Positions 12,190-23,245 are shown, counted from the first letter of the whole stretch. The stretch is DNA of 63,062 nucleotides, filler included, from Octopus bimaculoides (GCF_001194135.2; 4 parts of 4 records of this genome joined end to end with filler, not necessarily neighbours in it); one strand, 5' to 3'. Translations and numbers: made by a program. The notes: generated by a model not told the origin, from the sequence alone.

Positions 12190-13096
12190 AGCCTGCATAA
12201 ACTGATACTGACCAATATATTGCTTCAAGAAACTCGGTTCAATTCCAGGCAGTAAAACAGCTCTCTTGAGGATCCCAGACACTCGTTCGATGGTCTGTGT
12301 GTGAACTAACACGTTTGCCGGATCGACGAAGTTCTGACTATGGTTAATTTGAAAATGTGTATAACCTAAATTTTGAAAAGAGCTATAAGCGCCCCGACAG
12401 GCACTATAAATAATGGATCCTCGACGGATGTGGCATCTGATTAACGGGATAAGAGTTGAAGCATTTCATCTTGCCCCCTTCGCCACACTCCAATGACAGA
12501 GGTATCAAAAATTTCCCTTTCGCTTCGCATTCAATTCCCCCCCAAAAAGCCAAATAGTCTTTACAAGCCTACCTCGGTTGTATTTTCTTCGAACCAAAAC
12601 CGTTTCATTAATCTCAACTGCAATCTCTGGCCCTCCAATTTGTGCTTGGCAATTTTCAACCCAATGAAGGTAAACTTCACAACAGAAGGATCGCCAATCA
12701 ACAGACGTGGCAAGCGTTATATCTAAATTTTCCATAGCAGATTTATGTGATCAATCTTCTGTTAGGAAATGGTTATTGTAGAAAAGAACTTTCCGCGGGG
12801 GGCTAAACGGCTTCGCTTCAAAAGGGTGTTCTTGAAGATAGACACTGAAAACCCACATTCTGTTTTCCTTTGTCTCCGACAATGACGAACCATCTTCCTA
12901 CATCGAAACATATTGCTCCCATTTCAAACACTGCAAGGTGAATTGCATGTTGGGCAATTCACGTATGCAGGAACAACTCCATGTTTGTGGAAAAATTAGA
13001 ATGCCATGTCATCATTATATCGAAATCTATAAATCCTGTCATACAAACTTAAATCATAGGCAGTGCAAGATACCATTCTGATTTGGTGCTAATTAC
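12190..13096 (-). mobile_element. Merlin transposase D (decayed), same family as B
   Basis: ATSVDWRSFCCEV...IGGPEIAVEINET.LVRRKYNRGRLVKTIWLFGG and [30 protein letters not shown]; 12934-13096 aligns with 8291-8456. Confidence 0.85.
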
Positions 13097-13149
13097 AGTA
13101 CTCATGTCGATGATCAGATCAAATAATAGGTCGCACTGGCATCATAACT

Positions 13150-13290
13150 TCCATTTTACTCGCATCTACATTTTCCACATTTTGTGTGTGCATGTGTTGA
13201 TTATGAGGTTCAACTTGCATGTAGGCACCATCATTCAGGATGCCGATTTTGTTATATGCTCACCAGCCATCATCGACCATGTGAGTCCCT
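13150..13290 (-). mobile_element. Merlin C-terminal fragment E
   Basis: GTHMVDDGW*AYNKIG...HTQNVENV resembles GTTIISDGWRAY...HTQNVE with an internal deletion. Confidence 0.5.
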
Positions 13291-13470
13291 GGGAGAAAAA
13301 TAAATGTTAAATTGTCCGCCAAACATGGACTTTAGGGCCCGCGGTTCATGGAGTCTGGTCTCACTAATGGCTATGATATCCAAATTGTGTGACTTGATGT
13401 CATTTAAGAGGTACCCTTGTTTCCAAGGGGACCCCAAGCTACGCACATTCACACAACCAATCTTCACCAT
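13290..13470 (-). mobile_element. Tx1/L1-clade ORF2 start (APE endonuclease N-terminus)
   Basis: MVKIGCVNVRSL...DIIAISETRL contains the first two APE endonuclease motifs (NVRG/S, LQETR-like). Confidence 0.8.
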
Positions 13471-13684
13471 GATTCTATTTAAATATGTGCTTTAAAGCAC
13501 AAACGAAAGGAACAGAGTTACTTACCGTTCGAAAGTTCACTTGTTCCCTTTGAGTTTTCGTTTAGGAGGCAATTATAAAGTTTTTTGGCAACCCCCTACC
13601 GCGTTGAGGTAGAGTTTTTAAAGTATGGTGTCACGTGATATATTTTTGTGTTTTGGTGGTGTCGTGTATGGGTGCGTATAAAAA

Positions 13685-13911
13685 TGGTAGTCAGTGGGTG
13701 AAGGATTGGGAAAATATGGAGGATGTGGTAAAGTCTTGTATCCCAAGTCTGAGTTTCTGCAGCATCATTCTTGCAACATGTGACTGTATTATTGTGGAGC
13801 AGAATTGGGCTGTACCAATGCAGGTCTCATTTTTTTGCAGGGGATGCATGCATTTCAGCAAGTTCATTGCAGTAAACCTATGCTATAATGCTCTGAGTGA
13901 GTTCCAGAATC
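13685..13911 (-). mobile_element. Mariner (DD34D) transposase fragment
   Basis: Frameshifted VYCNEL.EMH...PILLHNN...HVARMMLQKL.DLGYKTLPHPPYFPNPSPTDYHF matches the mariner LHDNARPH and HPPYSPDLSPTDYH motifs. Confidence 0.8.
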
Positions 13912-14230
13912 TCTCTGATTCAATTTTTGCGCACATATCAACTGCAAATTGATGAAACAGATCTCGAGACTGGTGGAGGTGATTAGAGGAGTCGTTTCGT
14001 GTCATAAATCAGTATGAGTAGAAGTCCATACAGGATACTGGCTTGTTGAGATATTCATTACAGTTTTGTGGATACTGAAGTGTGTCGTATGATCGGTGTG
14101 TTTCTGTAATTCGTTGGAGGGTGGTGTCACGTCGCCTAGGGACAATGTCTATGGGATTGTGCTGTTCTCCATGAAGGAGTACAGCTATTTCATTGCATGT
14201 GGGTGCATTGCAATGGCCTACATGTTCTGT
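13912..14230 (-). mobile_element. Helitron Rep/helicase N-terminal fragment
   Basis: EHVGHCNAPTCNEIAVLL...DIVPRRRDTTLQRITETHRSYDTLQYP and NHLHQSRDLFHQFAVDMCAKIESER are Helitron-like N motifs. Confidence 0.85.
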
Positions 14231-14584
14231 AGATGGTCTTAAGCACATATTACCTCTATAATTGTTTGCCCCGTTAACTGAAAGGGACAAAACTCAGTGC
14301 AAGTGGCTGCATGTTGACACGTTGATTGATATTTTTATCCATTTTGAGGTGCAGTGTTTGGTTGCAAACCATGTACAAAAATATTGGATGCATTCTGCAG
14401 TGGGGATATGAGAGTAATTTCTATGAGAAATTTTGGGGTTGTTTCGGAAATCATTCTTTACGTATTGTGTAATAAATACATATACATATAAATTTCTGAT
14501 AAGAATAATAAACTCACCATTTCATTATTTGACTCTCATATTTTGGGACCATTTTTGAAAGTCTTTCTGAACTAAGGTTAAAGT

Positions 14585-14625
14585 TCATCCACAAATTTCA
14601 CTGTGGTGTGGTTTCTCTCAGGACT
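14585..14625 (-). pseudogene. Degenerate C2H2 zinc-finger remnant
   Basis: Frameshifted (E)KPHHSEICG*T; DNA similar to 18465-18515 and, inverted, to 1985-2010. Confidence 0.3.
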
Positions 14626-14734
14626 ACCTCAAATTCACTTTGAACGAGGTTTCAAAAAAAGAAAGTTTAATTTACAAGCAATCCATTTATCACATTACAC
14701 AAAATGCTTTTTTATCTCCGTTCCAACCTTTAAA

Positions 14735-14892
14735 CTATGCAATTACACTTTCTTGGAATGGCTCAACATTTTCAAGTATTAACCTAGATAATCCATCTGT
14801 GTGGCTTAACACTTTTTACGTGAGGTGTTCCATTTTGAAACTAGTTCAACAAAATTGCTCCCCATCTATGCAGTGTTTGGAGTCTATTGACT
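14735..14892 (-). mobile_element. Gypsy/Ty3 LTR retrotransposon pol fragment (end of RNase H)
   Basis: NRLQTLHRWGAILLN..FKMEHLT*KVLSHTDGLSRLILENVEPFQESVIA resembles RLQRWG.ILLNYDF...HADGLSRL. Confidence 0.7.
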
Positions 14893-15169
14893 AAGAGCCA
14901 GATATAGTCAATAAGGGCAATGGTTGGTTTGCAGACAGTCCTTCTACCATGGATGAATTTATGGAACTTTTTTTACTTCATAAATAGTTGCCAAAGTATC
15001 TTTCTCAATCTGGCTGTAATTCCTCTCAGTGGACACTAATGTACGTGATGCATGTACTATGGGTTTTCTAAGTTATGATTCTAAGAATCAGTGTGAAATT
15101 TTAAATATCAATTTTGAAGGGACGAACACAGACACAAACATATGCATATACATACATGTTTAGTATTTA

Positions 15170-15263
15170 ACAATCACTGGAATTGAAAAAATGTGTTGTT
15201 CCCTGTTAAATTATACAAAATATATAAATTTTCAAAGGGGGTGTAGACTTTTGCAAGGCACTG
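15170..15263 (-). mobile_element. Isolated Tc1-type terminal inverted repeat
   Basis: Reverse complement begins CAGTGCCTTGCAAAAGT, a typical Tc1 TIR start; no partner seen. Confidence 0.5.
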
Positions 15264-15399
15264 CAACTCAGTTATTTATGAAGTGGAATCTCATGTTTTC
15301 ACGAATGTAAAAATGAGATTGGCACTGACATTCTCATTTAAATATGAATGTGATTACAGGTGGGTTTGGGTGCCTTGGTCATATCAACCAAAATTTGTC

Positions 15400-16700
15400 A
15401 TAGGGAACTGAGGTGACCAGTATGGACCATTCCAAAGAGAATTGCTTATTGCAATCCTTCAGTTCCCAAATAAATTTACTTAGGCCAGTAGTGCTAGCTT
15501 TATTTCTATCTCTTAACGATGAATAATGATTCGAGATTCTCTTGGATACCTGTGTCGATGAACTACCTACATAATGAGACATCAGTGTTAGATGTTACCT
15601 TGCATTGATACACTACATTTTTGGTCCTTGAATTCACACTCAAAAACCTGATTCTATTAGGATTTAATTCTGAGATTCTAATCTTATTGCTAATCTTACT
15701 AATGTTACAGATAATTTTGTGATTCCCAATATTGGACATACTACCTAAAGTGGGATGACCCACTTTTTCAGTAAAGTGAGAAGAATGGGAAGGAATAGAA
15801 ATGGGTTCATCTACGCTAGTAAAGGGGGTATCATGTTGTGTAGAAGGAGAAAGATCACTAGAAGAGTTAATGTATCCTGGCTTTTCCTTATAGCCAGCCC
15901 TTAATAAGGCTGAATTATAGAAGTCAGCCTCCTTATTGAAAATTTGGGAGTTAGAAGAAAGTTTGGAAAGCCTAATTGAGATATTCCTAACCAAATTACT
16001 GGTTATATGTCTTGGGTGGTTACTAAAGGGGCTTATGTACTTGAGATTAGTTGAAGGTTTATGGAATGGGAAATGAGTATTACTATGTAAATCTAAGGTA
16101 ACGTCCAGAAAGTTTGCTACAGAGACCTCATCCTCAAAAACAATGCCAAAGCTCATTCTTTTGAAGAATCTGGCTAATCTATTTTTAACTTTTTGTATAC
16201 TCTGGGCAGAGGCCTTATGGAGGTATAGCAGACAATCATCTTTATATTAGGGAACTGGTCTGCCATTTCATATAATACATACGAACAGACCACATCAGCT
16301 ATTTGAGCTAAGTCCGAACTTCCCATAGGAACATCATAAGCCTCCGGAGTATCCTTACGGATCCAAAGTTTATTGTTAAATTTAATGATAGATTTACCGG
16401 CCGCTAAAATTACATTAATTTCATCCCTAGAAAGACCTGCTTTATTGTGCGCGAACCAAATCGCTTTGTTATGGATAATAGGGTTAATAGAGGAGTAGAA
16501 ACTAGAAATGTCAAACTGTATGAATTTGGTATTATTCTTATCCTGGATTGAATTAAACCAATCTATAACTTGAGAAGAATTAGACCAAAGATTCAGTTTT
16601 AACTTATTAATTATAATGGGTGTATATTTGTCCAGAATGTTTTTACTAAGAATGCCTAAGTCAGACCTACAAAAATTTAACTTATGGTCCTTTTTTCAGT
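15400..16700 (-). mobile_element. Penelope-like element 1 (RT + GIY-YIG endonuclease), decayed
   Basis: RT: FIQFDISSFYSSI, YDVPMGSSDLAQIADVV, KDDCL, ANFLDVTLDL, PFHKPSTNLKYISPFSNHP. Endonuclease: VVYQCKVT..YVGSS...KRISNHYSS...GLSKFIWELKD...WSIL. Confidence 0.9.
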
Positions 16701-17824
16701 TTTGGGAATAGATAAGTCTGGTGAATAAGGCGGGTTCAAGGAGGAATACCAATCATTTCTTTTCTCCCATCTTCAAAGTGAGATTACTTCATTTTCACAA
16801 TTTTGTCTCTAGAGTAGGATGGTGTTCTGAGAAAGTTCCCCTTCAGCTTTTTTCCCCAATTTCACCCTCCGTCTCTTCATCAGATCAGTTAATCTTTCCT
16901 TGGTGAGGTTGATTTCTATTTTGAAGCTCTCCAGAACCATTTCTTCCTGAATTTCTCTCTGTTTTGCTGGTTCATCAGGGATGGCTTTCTGTGGAGAATA
17001 TATAAGGTTGAGTTGAGCCATCTCTCATATAACTCTACTTTATTGGCACTCTTGATCATGTTCCAGAGAGCGAATTTACAGTTTTTGGCCCATACTTGAA
17101 GTGTAGTTTTCTTGATACCGGAAGGCTGTTGACAGTTATTTTTTTCCATTTCAGGATTTGGGTTATTTACAGATTTATGTATTAATGAGGTTTCAAAAGA
17201 TTTACAGATTTTTCCAAGGGTTTCACTAATTTGTGTCTATAGGGATCTTCCTTTTTCCAGACATATTTCTTTACAGTTGCAATATGTTTTATCAAGTTTA
17301 TCCATTAGTGAGTTTTGAGTTGATGACTTGAAGTTCACACAGGATTTTGTTGAGCGTCTTGTTGCTTGTGTTTGAGTGGCATTTTCGTTCCTTGCATGGT
17401 AGATATATAAGGTGTATTTCCCTGCAGGTAAAACATAGAATTTATTGTTGAAAATGCACCTGAATTTGAAAGATTTATAATTGTTTTTTAAATTTATTTG
17501 CGTACATACCAGACTACTTTCAACAATTTTTTGTTTATCAATGGTATAAATGTATGAGATTGAACAAAAATTTCAAATTGCAAAGGAGAGAACCTGTTTA
17601 AACGATTAAATGTTCACAAAAGTCGGTAATGTTAAAAAGGGATCAGTGAAGAATATAAAAAATGAGGATCACCAAAAGTTTGAGTCGTACTTAAGGGAGA
17701 AAAAAAATTAGAGTAAAGAAAAGGGGTTTTGTTACAGTTTGTCATCTTGCATGTAGTTCTCCCAGTCACTGGGGAGAAATAAAGTTTTCATAGCTACCTT
17801 CTTTGCCTTTCTTACCTTTCACGT

Positions 17825-18395
17825 TCTGACCCTACGTATCCCTTCTCTCCACACTTAAAACACCTCAGTCTTCTGACACACGAGCACTTAGTCCCTCCCT
17901 TATAAAAATTCAGTCTGGCCTTGATTCCAAGACCTCGTTTGGGGCCTGTACAACAATTTCTAGTGTTTGGCCTTGCCAATTAATGGCCTCCTTTCTTCTC
18001 ATTTGAATAATTGTAATTTCATATTCGGCATCATAGATGACCGTAGCAGCCATCCATAACGCCTCATCCAGTTGGTATTTCTTCTATGGTAATTTTTGCA
18101 GTCCTCCTTCCTAAATATGTCGGAAGGGGGATTATTTCGTCGTTCCTCAAAGTCTGCGTAGATATTTGCTTTGCCAGTTTGGCATCTTCGAAATGCGCCT
18201 CAACTGTGGCACTTCTTACTCCCTTTCCTATATATTCAATTTTGTCCCAAATGGGTGCCAGATACTTTCCCACAGTTTTGTATCTTGAGAGGCTGGGTTT
18301 GGCCAACTTGAACATAAAACGAGTATTGGGGCCAGATGTAGCCTGCTTAAATGCTAAAGGATTAATTTTCTTGCTCACCACCACTTTTTGGACAT
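17825..18395 (-). mobile_element. Tx1/L1-like ORF1 copy 3 with degenerate CCHC knuckle
   Basis: GKGVRSATVEAHFED...LPTYLGRRTAKITIEEIP...INWQG...CFKCGEKGYVGSER (CX2CX4HX4C with H>Y and C>R, each a single-base change). Confidence 0.7.
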
Positions 18396-18464
18396 GACCT
18401 TATAGCTTGTACTTAAAGGATTCAAAATTATGTGGATTATATTGAAAATCCATCCTAAACGAAG

Positions 18465-18515
18465 GAACAAGTTTTTCCACAAATTTCACCGTGGCATGGC
18501 TTCTCCTGATTATTA
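18465..18515 (-). pseudogene. Degenerate C2H2 zinc-finger remnant
   Basis: QEKPCHGEICGKT. Confidence 0.35.
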
Positions 18516-18554
18516 CACACAGTTGCAGGTTGACTTTTCATGTCTCTTCTCAAA

Positions 18555-18730
18555 GCATGTTACAAAGGCTGTGTAAGACAGCTTCTTCTTGAGCGGAAGC
18601 CATGCTGGGTGTCAGGGAGCAAGTCATTATTTACAAGGAATGCAAGGAGTTTTCTTCCTGACAATACATTCCATGACTTTGCTGACATGGGAAGTTAGAA
18701 AGACAGGTTTATAATTGAGGATCATTGAGA
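18555..18730 (-). mobile_element. CR1/L2-type LINE RT fragment
   Basis: NYKPVFLTSHVSKVMECIVRKK/LLAFLVNNDLLPDTQHGFRSRRSCLTQ matches NYRPVSLTS..SK.ME and QHGFR..RSCLT. Confidence 0.8.
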
Positions 18731-18859
18731 ATAGATCGTTAATTGGGCCCCTGATATACCAGTGGTGGAAATGGCCCTTTATCCACCACCAGTGAAAGGT
18801 GCATTGGAATTTTCAATTTTGTGTCTATGATGAGTATTTGGTTGGTTATTCAATGGTAC

Positions 18860-19950
18860 GTTGAGGTATTTCAGGTATTGGTTAGGTTTATGATCGGGTG
18901 AGTATTGTGAGTTTGATAAGTTTAGAGTAACGTCTAGAAAGTTAGCAGTTTTATATGCATTTTCGAATGTGATGGATAGATTTAGATTAGAGAAGAATTT
19001 GTGTAAATCTTTTCTAGTCCTTTCCAGAGAAGATTTATTAATGGCCTTGGTAATTAGTTAGGCATCGTCCCTATGCAGACCTCCTCGGATTTTGGGGAAA
19101 TGTGAGCACAGTTGGTGAAGTATATATAAACCAACTAAGTCAGTGGCCTGAGCGGAATCAGATGATCCCATGGTTATATCGAATAGGTTGTAACAGTTAT
19201 TATTATGTTGGTGAGCTCGGCACCAGAGTTTGTTTTCAAAGGATATAAGTGTTTTGCGTGCATTAAGTATTATGTTGATTTCTAGTGGGGTTATGTTAGT
19301 AAAATTCCTAGCAAAAAGAAGAGCCTTATTTAGAAGTTTAGGAGAGATAGAGGAGTAGTAGTTGTTAATATCAAATTGAAGGAATGAGAGAGTTTTTGTT
19401 ATCCAAGGTGTGGAACCAAGCAATAACCTCCCCAGTGTGGTACCATAGATTAGCGTTTAATTTCTCTTTGACAACAGGTATTATTTTGTCCAGAATATTT
19501 TTGCTGATTCTTCCGAGGTCGGATTTGGTAGGGCATATTAGGCGTATAGATGGTTTTGTGATAAAATCCTTCTTATGATCCCTGAGGTGGAGGTGCTGGG
19601 CGGTATAGTTCTGTTTTGTCGTCCACGTGTAGTTTCCTCATGAGTTTGCAGTGGGTGGTGTTGACGTCATTTAAAGCAGATGTTGATGCTAGCTTGTAGG
19701 ATCTGTTGAGCTCATTCCTAATGAATTTAATGTACTCCTCTATTGTAATGGGATACATGTTTCCTGTTTTATCAGAGAATATGTGTAATTTGGGGGAATT
19801 ACTAATCCTTTTTATAGCATGCGATAGTCTTTTTTGAAAGTGAGATTTGGATTTAGGGAATTTAATAGTTTTGATTAAATCTATCATATCCGCTTCGAAT
19901 TTTTCGAGATGTGGGTTGTGTGGCGGATTCTTATATAATGTGAGGTTGAA
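18860..19950 (-). mobile_element. Penelope-like element 2 (N-terminus + RT), decayed, divergent from element 1
   Basis: FEADMIDLIKTIKF, SDKTGNMY, KDHK..F...SIRLICPTKSDLGRISKNILDKI, QFDINNYYSSI, FDITMGSSDSAQATDLVGLYIL, GGLHRDDA, ANFLDVTLNL. Confidence 0.9.
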
Positions 19951-20369
19951 ATAGTTGTTGATTAAGTCACTTATATTTTTGGTTGTTGTGGAAGAAAGCC
20001 TTCCATCTCATTCTTCGGATGAGGTCCTTAGTTTTGGAAAAAAAGAATTTAGTGAGTTTTTTGTGAAGGAATAGGGGTGTCTTTAAGGGAGAAGCCAAGG
20101 AATTCTTCATCCATTATTGAAGTGTTGCCTGTTATAAGTGTTAATAATAGCAAATGATAAAGTTTATGATGGGTAATGGAGTCAACCAGACCCGAACGTT
20201 ACAGATTTCCTTTTGTTTTAAATTTTTTGATTGAATTCAGACAATGTCATTTTGTTTGATTTCATTGTTTCCATAGTAGCAAAAATTCCAGAATCTGTTG
20301 CTTTCTTATTAGTGTCCAAGTCCATATGTGGTAAGCCGCAAACAAGCAAAAACGAAAAAAAACATACCT

Positions 20370-20560
20370 TCTCTCTCTCTCTCCCTCCCTTACACACACA
20401 TGCTAGTTATCTCTCTCCCTTACACATACATGCCAGTTGTCTCTCACCTTCTCTCTCTCTCTCTCCCTTACACACACATGCCAGTTATCTTTCTTTCTTT
20501 CTCTCTCTCCCTCTCTCACACACAGCAACATTACACACACACACACACACACACACACAT
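20370..20560. repeat. Compound (CT)n/(CA)n microsatellite with three ctcccttacacacacatgccagtt-like units
   Basis: Directly visible. Confidence 0.8.
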
Positions 20561-20584
20561 GTGCAATACAGTATCCAGTTGGAA

Positions 20585-20870
20585 ATTGTGGAGGTGTTCT
20601 GTTTGTGGACAATCTCGTAGCATTAGGCGAGACTCGTTTTTCTCTGTCTCCCATCTATCATTGACTCATCTTCTAGAGTTGATGTATTACTGGGCAAAAA
20701 CGGAGTGAAGTGGAACTGGATCAGAAGCAATTGTCAACTGGTACAATTACTTCCGCGATGTTTGTGCTACGTGTTGCTTTGACCACCCTGTGCAACTTGA
20801 AGATGCTGTGGTTGAGATCATGCACCGCAAATATCATTACAGCATTACGACGAATTGTGGATCAATCCCA
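20585..20870 (+). mobile_element. Merlin transposase fragment F (the only plus-strand coding TE fragment in piece 1)
   Basis: LWRCSVCGQSRSIRRDSFFSVSHLSL and VNWYNYFRDVCATCCFDHPVQL..VVEI.MHRKYH. Confidence 0.7.
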
Positions 20871-20929
20871 TAGATGCCGGGAATTGGTTTGTTGAATCCG
20901 CGTTATTCGTTATGTTAATAACGTCTCAC

Positions 20930-21560
20930 AGACACTTGGGTGGGTGGGCGTCACTCAAGAATCACTGGGTACCTTGACCCAGCCATCTTCAAAAAGTCTG
21001 GGAACACCAGACTAGCAATTGACTGAGTCCAGAGGGTCAAAACTGCTTTCGCCCCCTCCTAGTCAATTGCTGACAGAATTTTTGTATTGAGGAGTTTGGT
21101 TTCGGTGCTGCCTAGACCCCGGCGGATAGAATCCTCTATTCACTTGGGCTCTATTCCAGGTGGCAACCCGCAGACCCAAGCCCTCGTTATTTTTTGTCCA
21201 CAAATTTGCGAGCTTCACTCAAGAAGTAACCACCGTTTTAACAGTTGTTCTCGCCAGCCTCTTCGCCTCCTCCGCTGTCCTAAACTGGTCAACCACCGTC
21301 CCATATCCATTTCCTTTTGCTATATACGTCTCTTCCTTCTGAATGTAACGGTCCTATATTGAAGCGGAGGGAGATATTCACGTCTCCACCCTCCTGCTTC
21401 ATTCTCTTAAAGAGCTCGCCAAGCTTGTTGATGTCTATTTCAACGTTTTCTGTTGCCACTTCAGCAACTGCGGAAAATTTCTTCATTACATTATTACTCT
21501 CAACGAGAGATTCTTTTTGCACAATTTCAACCAAAACGACTTGCCTCGGCAAACTTCATA
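20930..21560 (-). mobile_element. Tx1/L1-like ORF1 copy 4 (decayed)
   Basis: KGNGYGTVVDQFRTAEEAKRLA...ICGQKITRAWVCGLPPGIE...ID*EG...LVFPDF...YPVILE*RPP aligns with copies 1-3. Confidence 0.6.
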
Positions 21561-21689
21561 AATGTTCCTTGGTTCCTCAGTTGACGGGACCGAAGTCCAC
21601 GTCAACTCCGTTCAGCAAGCAGCTACTTCAAAGTTCAATTCCATTTCTTTGGTGAGGTACTCCAGCATTTTCGGCTGGATGCCAGACAC

Positions 21690-21865
21690 AGGGAAAATTC
21701 ACTGCTGTGGTGAAAGAAACAAACATTATCGAAAACATAAAAGAAACAGATTTGAATATTCCAGTTCCAATGGGAACTTACTCTCGAACTGCCAAATGTG
21801 GAGGTGCGTCACCATATTTGTCCACCACATTGGGATTAATGCCAATGTGGTTCAATAAGACGCCA
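21690..21865 (-). pseudogene. Ankyrin-repeat exon + intron fragment (third copy of the 237-bp unit)
   Basis: GVLLNHIGINPNVVDKYGDAPPHLAVR followed by a GTAAGT...tttgtttctttcaccacag intron; homologous to 23503-23983. Confidence 0.65.
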
Positions 21866-22173
21866 ACTGTGACTGTGACTCATTTGCAGGCGCCTTTGGC
21901 GGCACAGAAGCATCCGCCAACTTCTCCCCCTTCTCCCTCTTCTTCCTTTTCTTCTTTTTGAGGATACAGGGGGCACCGTCAGCATACATTATTTGGTGAG
22001 CAACCATTCTTGGTCACCTTTCTTTTTTTTTCTTTTTGTGGAGGCTGCCGTCTCCTCCGCCATTCGGGGGAGTGGAGGGTATATTTTTTTTCTCCTGCTC
22101 TAGGGCCTTTTCCTGAACCCCGGAACAGTCTGCTTCGAAACCTGTGCCAGTGAAAAATGAAAATTTCTTAACT

Positions 22174-22434
22174 TTCGCGTATGCGCGCGATAAACTTTTC
22201 ACCTCACTGTCGCCGGTCGCTGGTGATGACGTCATAATTAGTATTATATATATATATAATAATAATAATACAAAGTCTATTGTAAGTTCATTAATGGAGT
22301 TTATTGCTTCGTATAAGAATACAAAAGAAATAAAAAAACAGAAAAGGAGGAGGGGGGTAATTTAAAGTTCATGTTGCGGATGCGCAAATCAACAGCGACA
22401 GCGGTGCGAAAAGTTTATCGCGCGCATACGCGAA
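22174..22434. repeat. Inverted repeat / MITE-like foldback with a 27-bp perfect stem
   Basis: ttcgcgtatgcgcgcgataaacttttc (22174-22200) is the exact reverse complement of 22408-22434; imperfect pairing extends further inward. Confidence 0.85.
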
Positions 22435-22459
22435 TGGCCAGTGGAAGGGGAGATAATTA

Positions 22460-23245
22460 AAAGTAAATGTCTAGGGAAAAATCAGTGTCCATATGTTCCC
22501 AGATGCGTTCAAAGAAATTGTCTTTTGTAAAATTTAAAATTTTCTGTCCGTTGAGTGCATTAATTTCTCGTCTTATGTGTTTTTTAGTCATAAGTCTTCG
22601 TGCATTTCAAGTAGAGGACTCCATCTTTCTGCTTCGGCTTCTTGGTCGTCTGGATCGTTTGTTGTTTCTCCTGTGAATAAACATTGTTCAGTAATTCTTC
22701 CGTGATAAAGGCAAGCTTGAGACTGTTGTTCTGGGTCGTGTACACAGGGGCTTTTTGCTGGTGAGTAGTGTGGTGTTATTTCAATTTCGCTGATAATTTT
22801 TCTCTTTACGGCGTTTATGGTACGTTTTTTTGGGGGGTGACATCTGGTCGAATTCGGACAAGTTGTATCTTGTTGATGTCTTTGGTTTGTTGTGCTCTAT
22901 GTAGATTTTACTGTAGGTGTTATCTACGTATTTGTCAATGTATGGCTTCCATATGGTTAGCCACATAAGTGGATTCAGCTCGACTTTTCCCCAGTCTTTC
23001 AGTTGAGGCATGTCTCTGTTTGTTTGGAACAGGAATAGTCTGTTTTTAAGTGCGTTTTCTTCCTGCATTACTACTCTCCATGGTTCTTGATTGGATGTTG
23101 ATAAGCAGGGTGTGCGTTTCAGAATTCGTTCGGGGTTATGTTTGATGTTTATATATGTATCAGTCCCTTCTAATATGCACTTCGCCTCCTCCACGTTGTT
23201 TGTAGTAAACCACATTTTGTCGGTATAAATAAGTGTTTTATCCAC
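22460..23245 (-). pseudogene. Unknown ORF(s) downstream of the viral-type PLA2, microsatellite-free and coding-like
   Basis: A 154-codon ORF, then a further ~80 open codons reached by a 1-nt shift in a C6A7 run, then a short MTKKHIRRE... ORF. No family recognised. Confidence 0.35.

Noticed and set aside
13494-13530. GTAAGT...AAAG mini-intron upstream of the Tx1 endonuclease ATG
   Set aside because: Only about 36 nt, too short for a typical metazoan intron; more likely the ORF1-ORF2 spacer.
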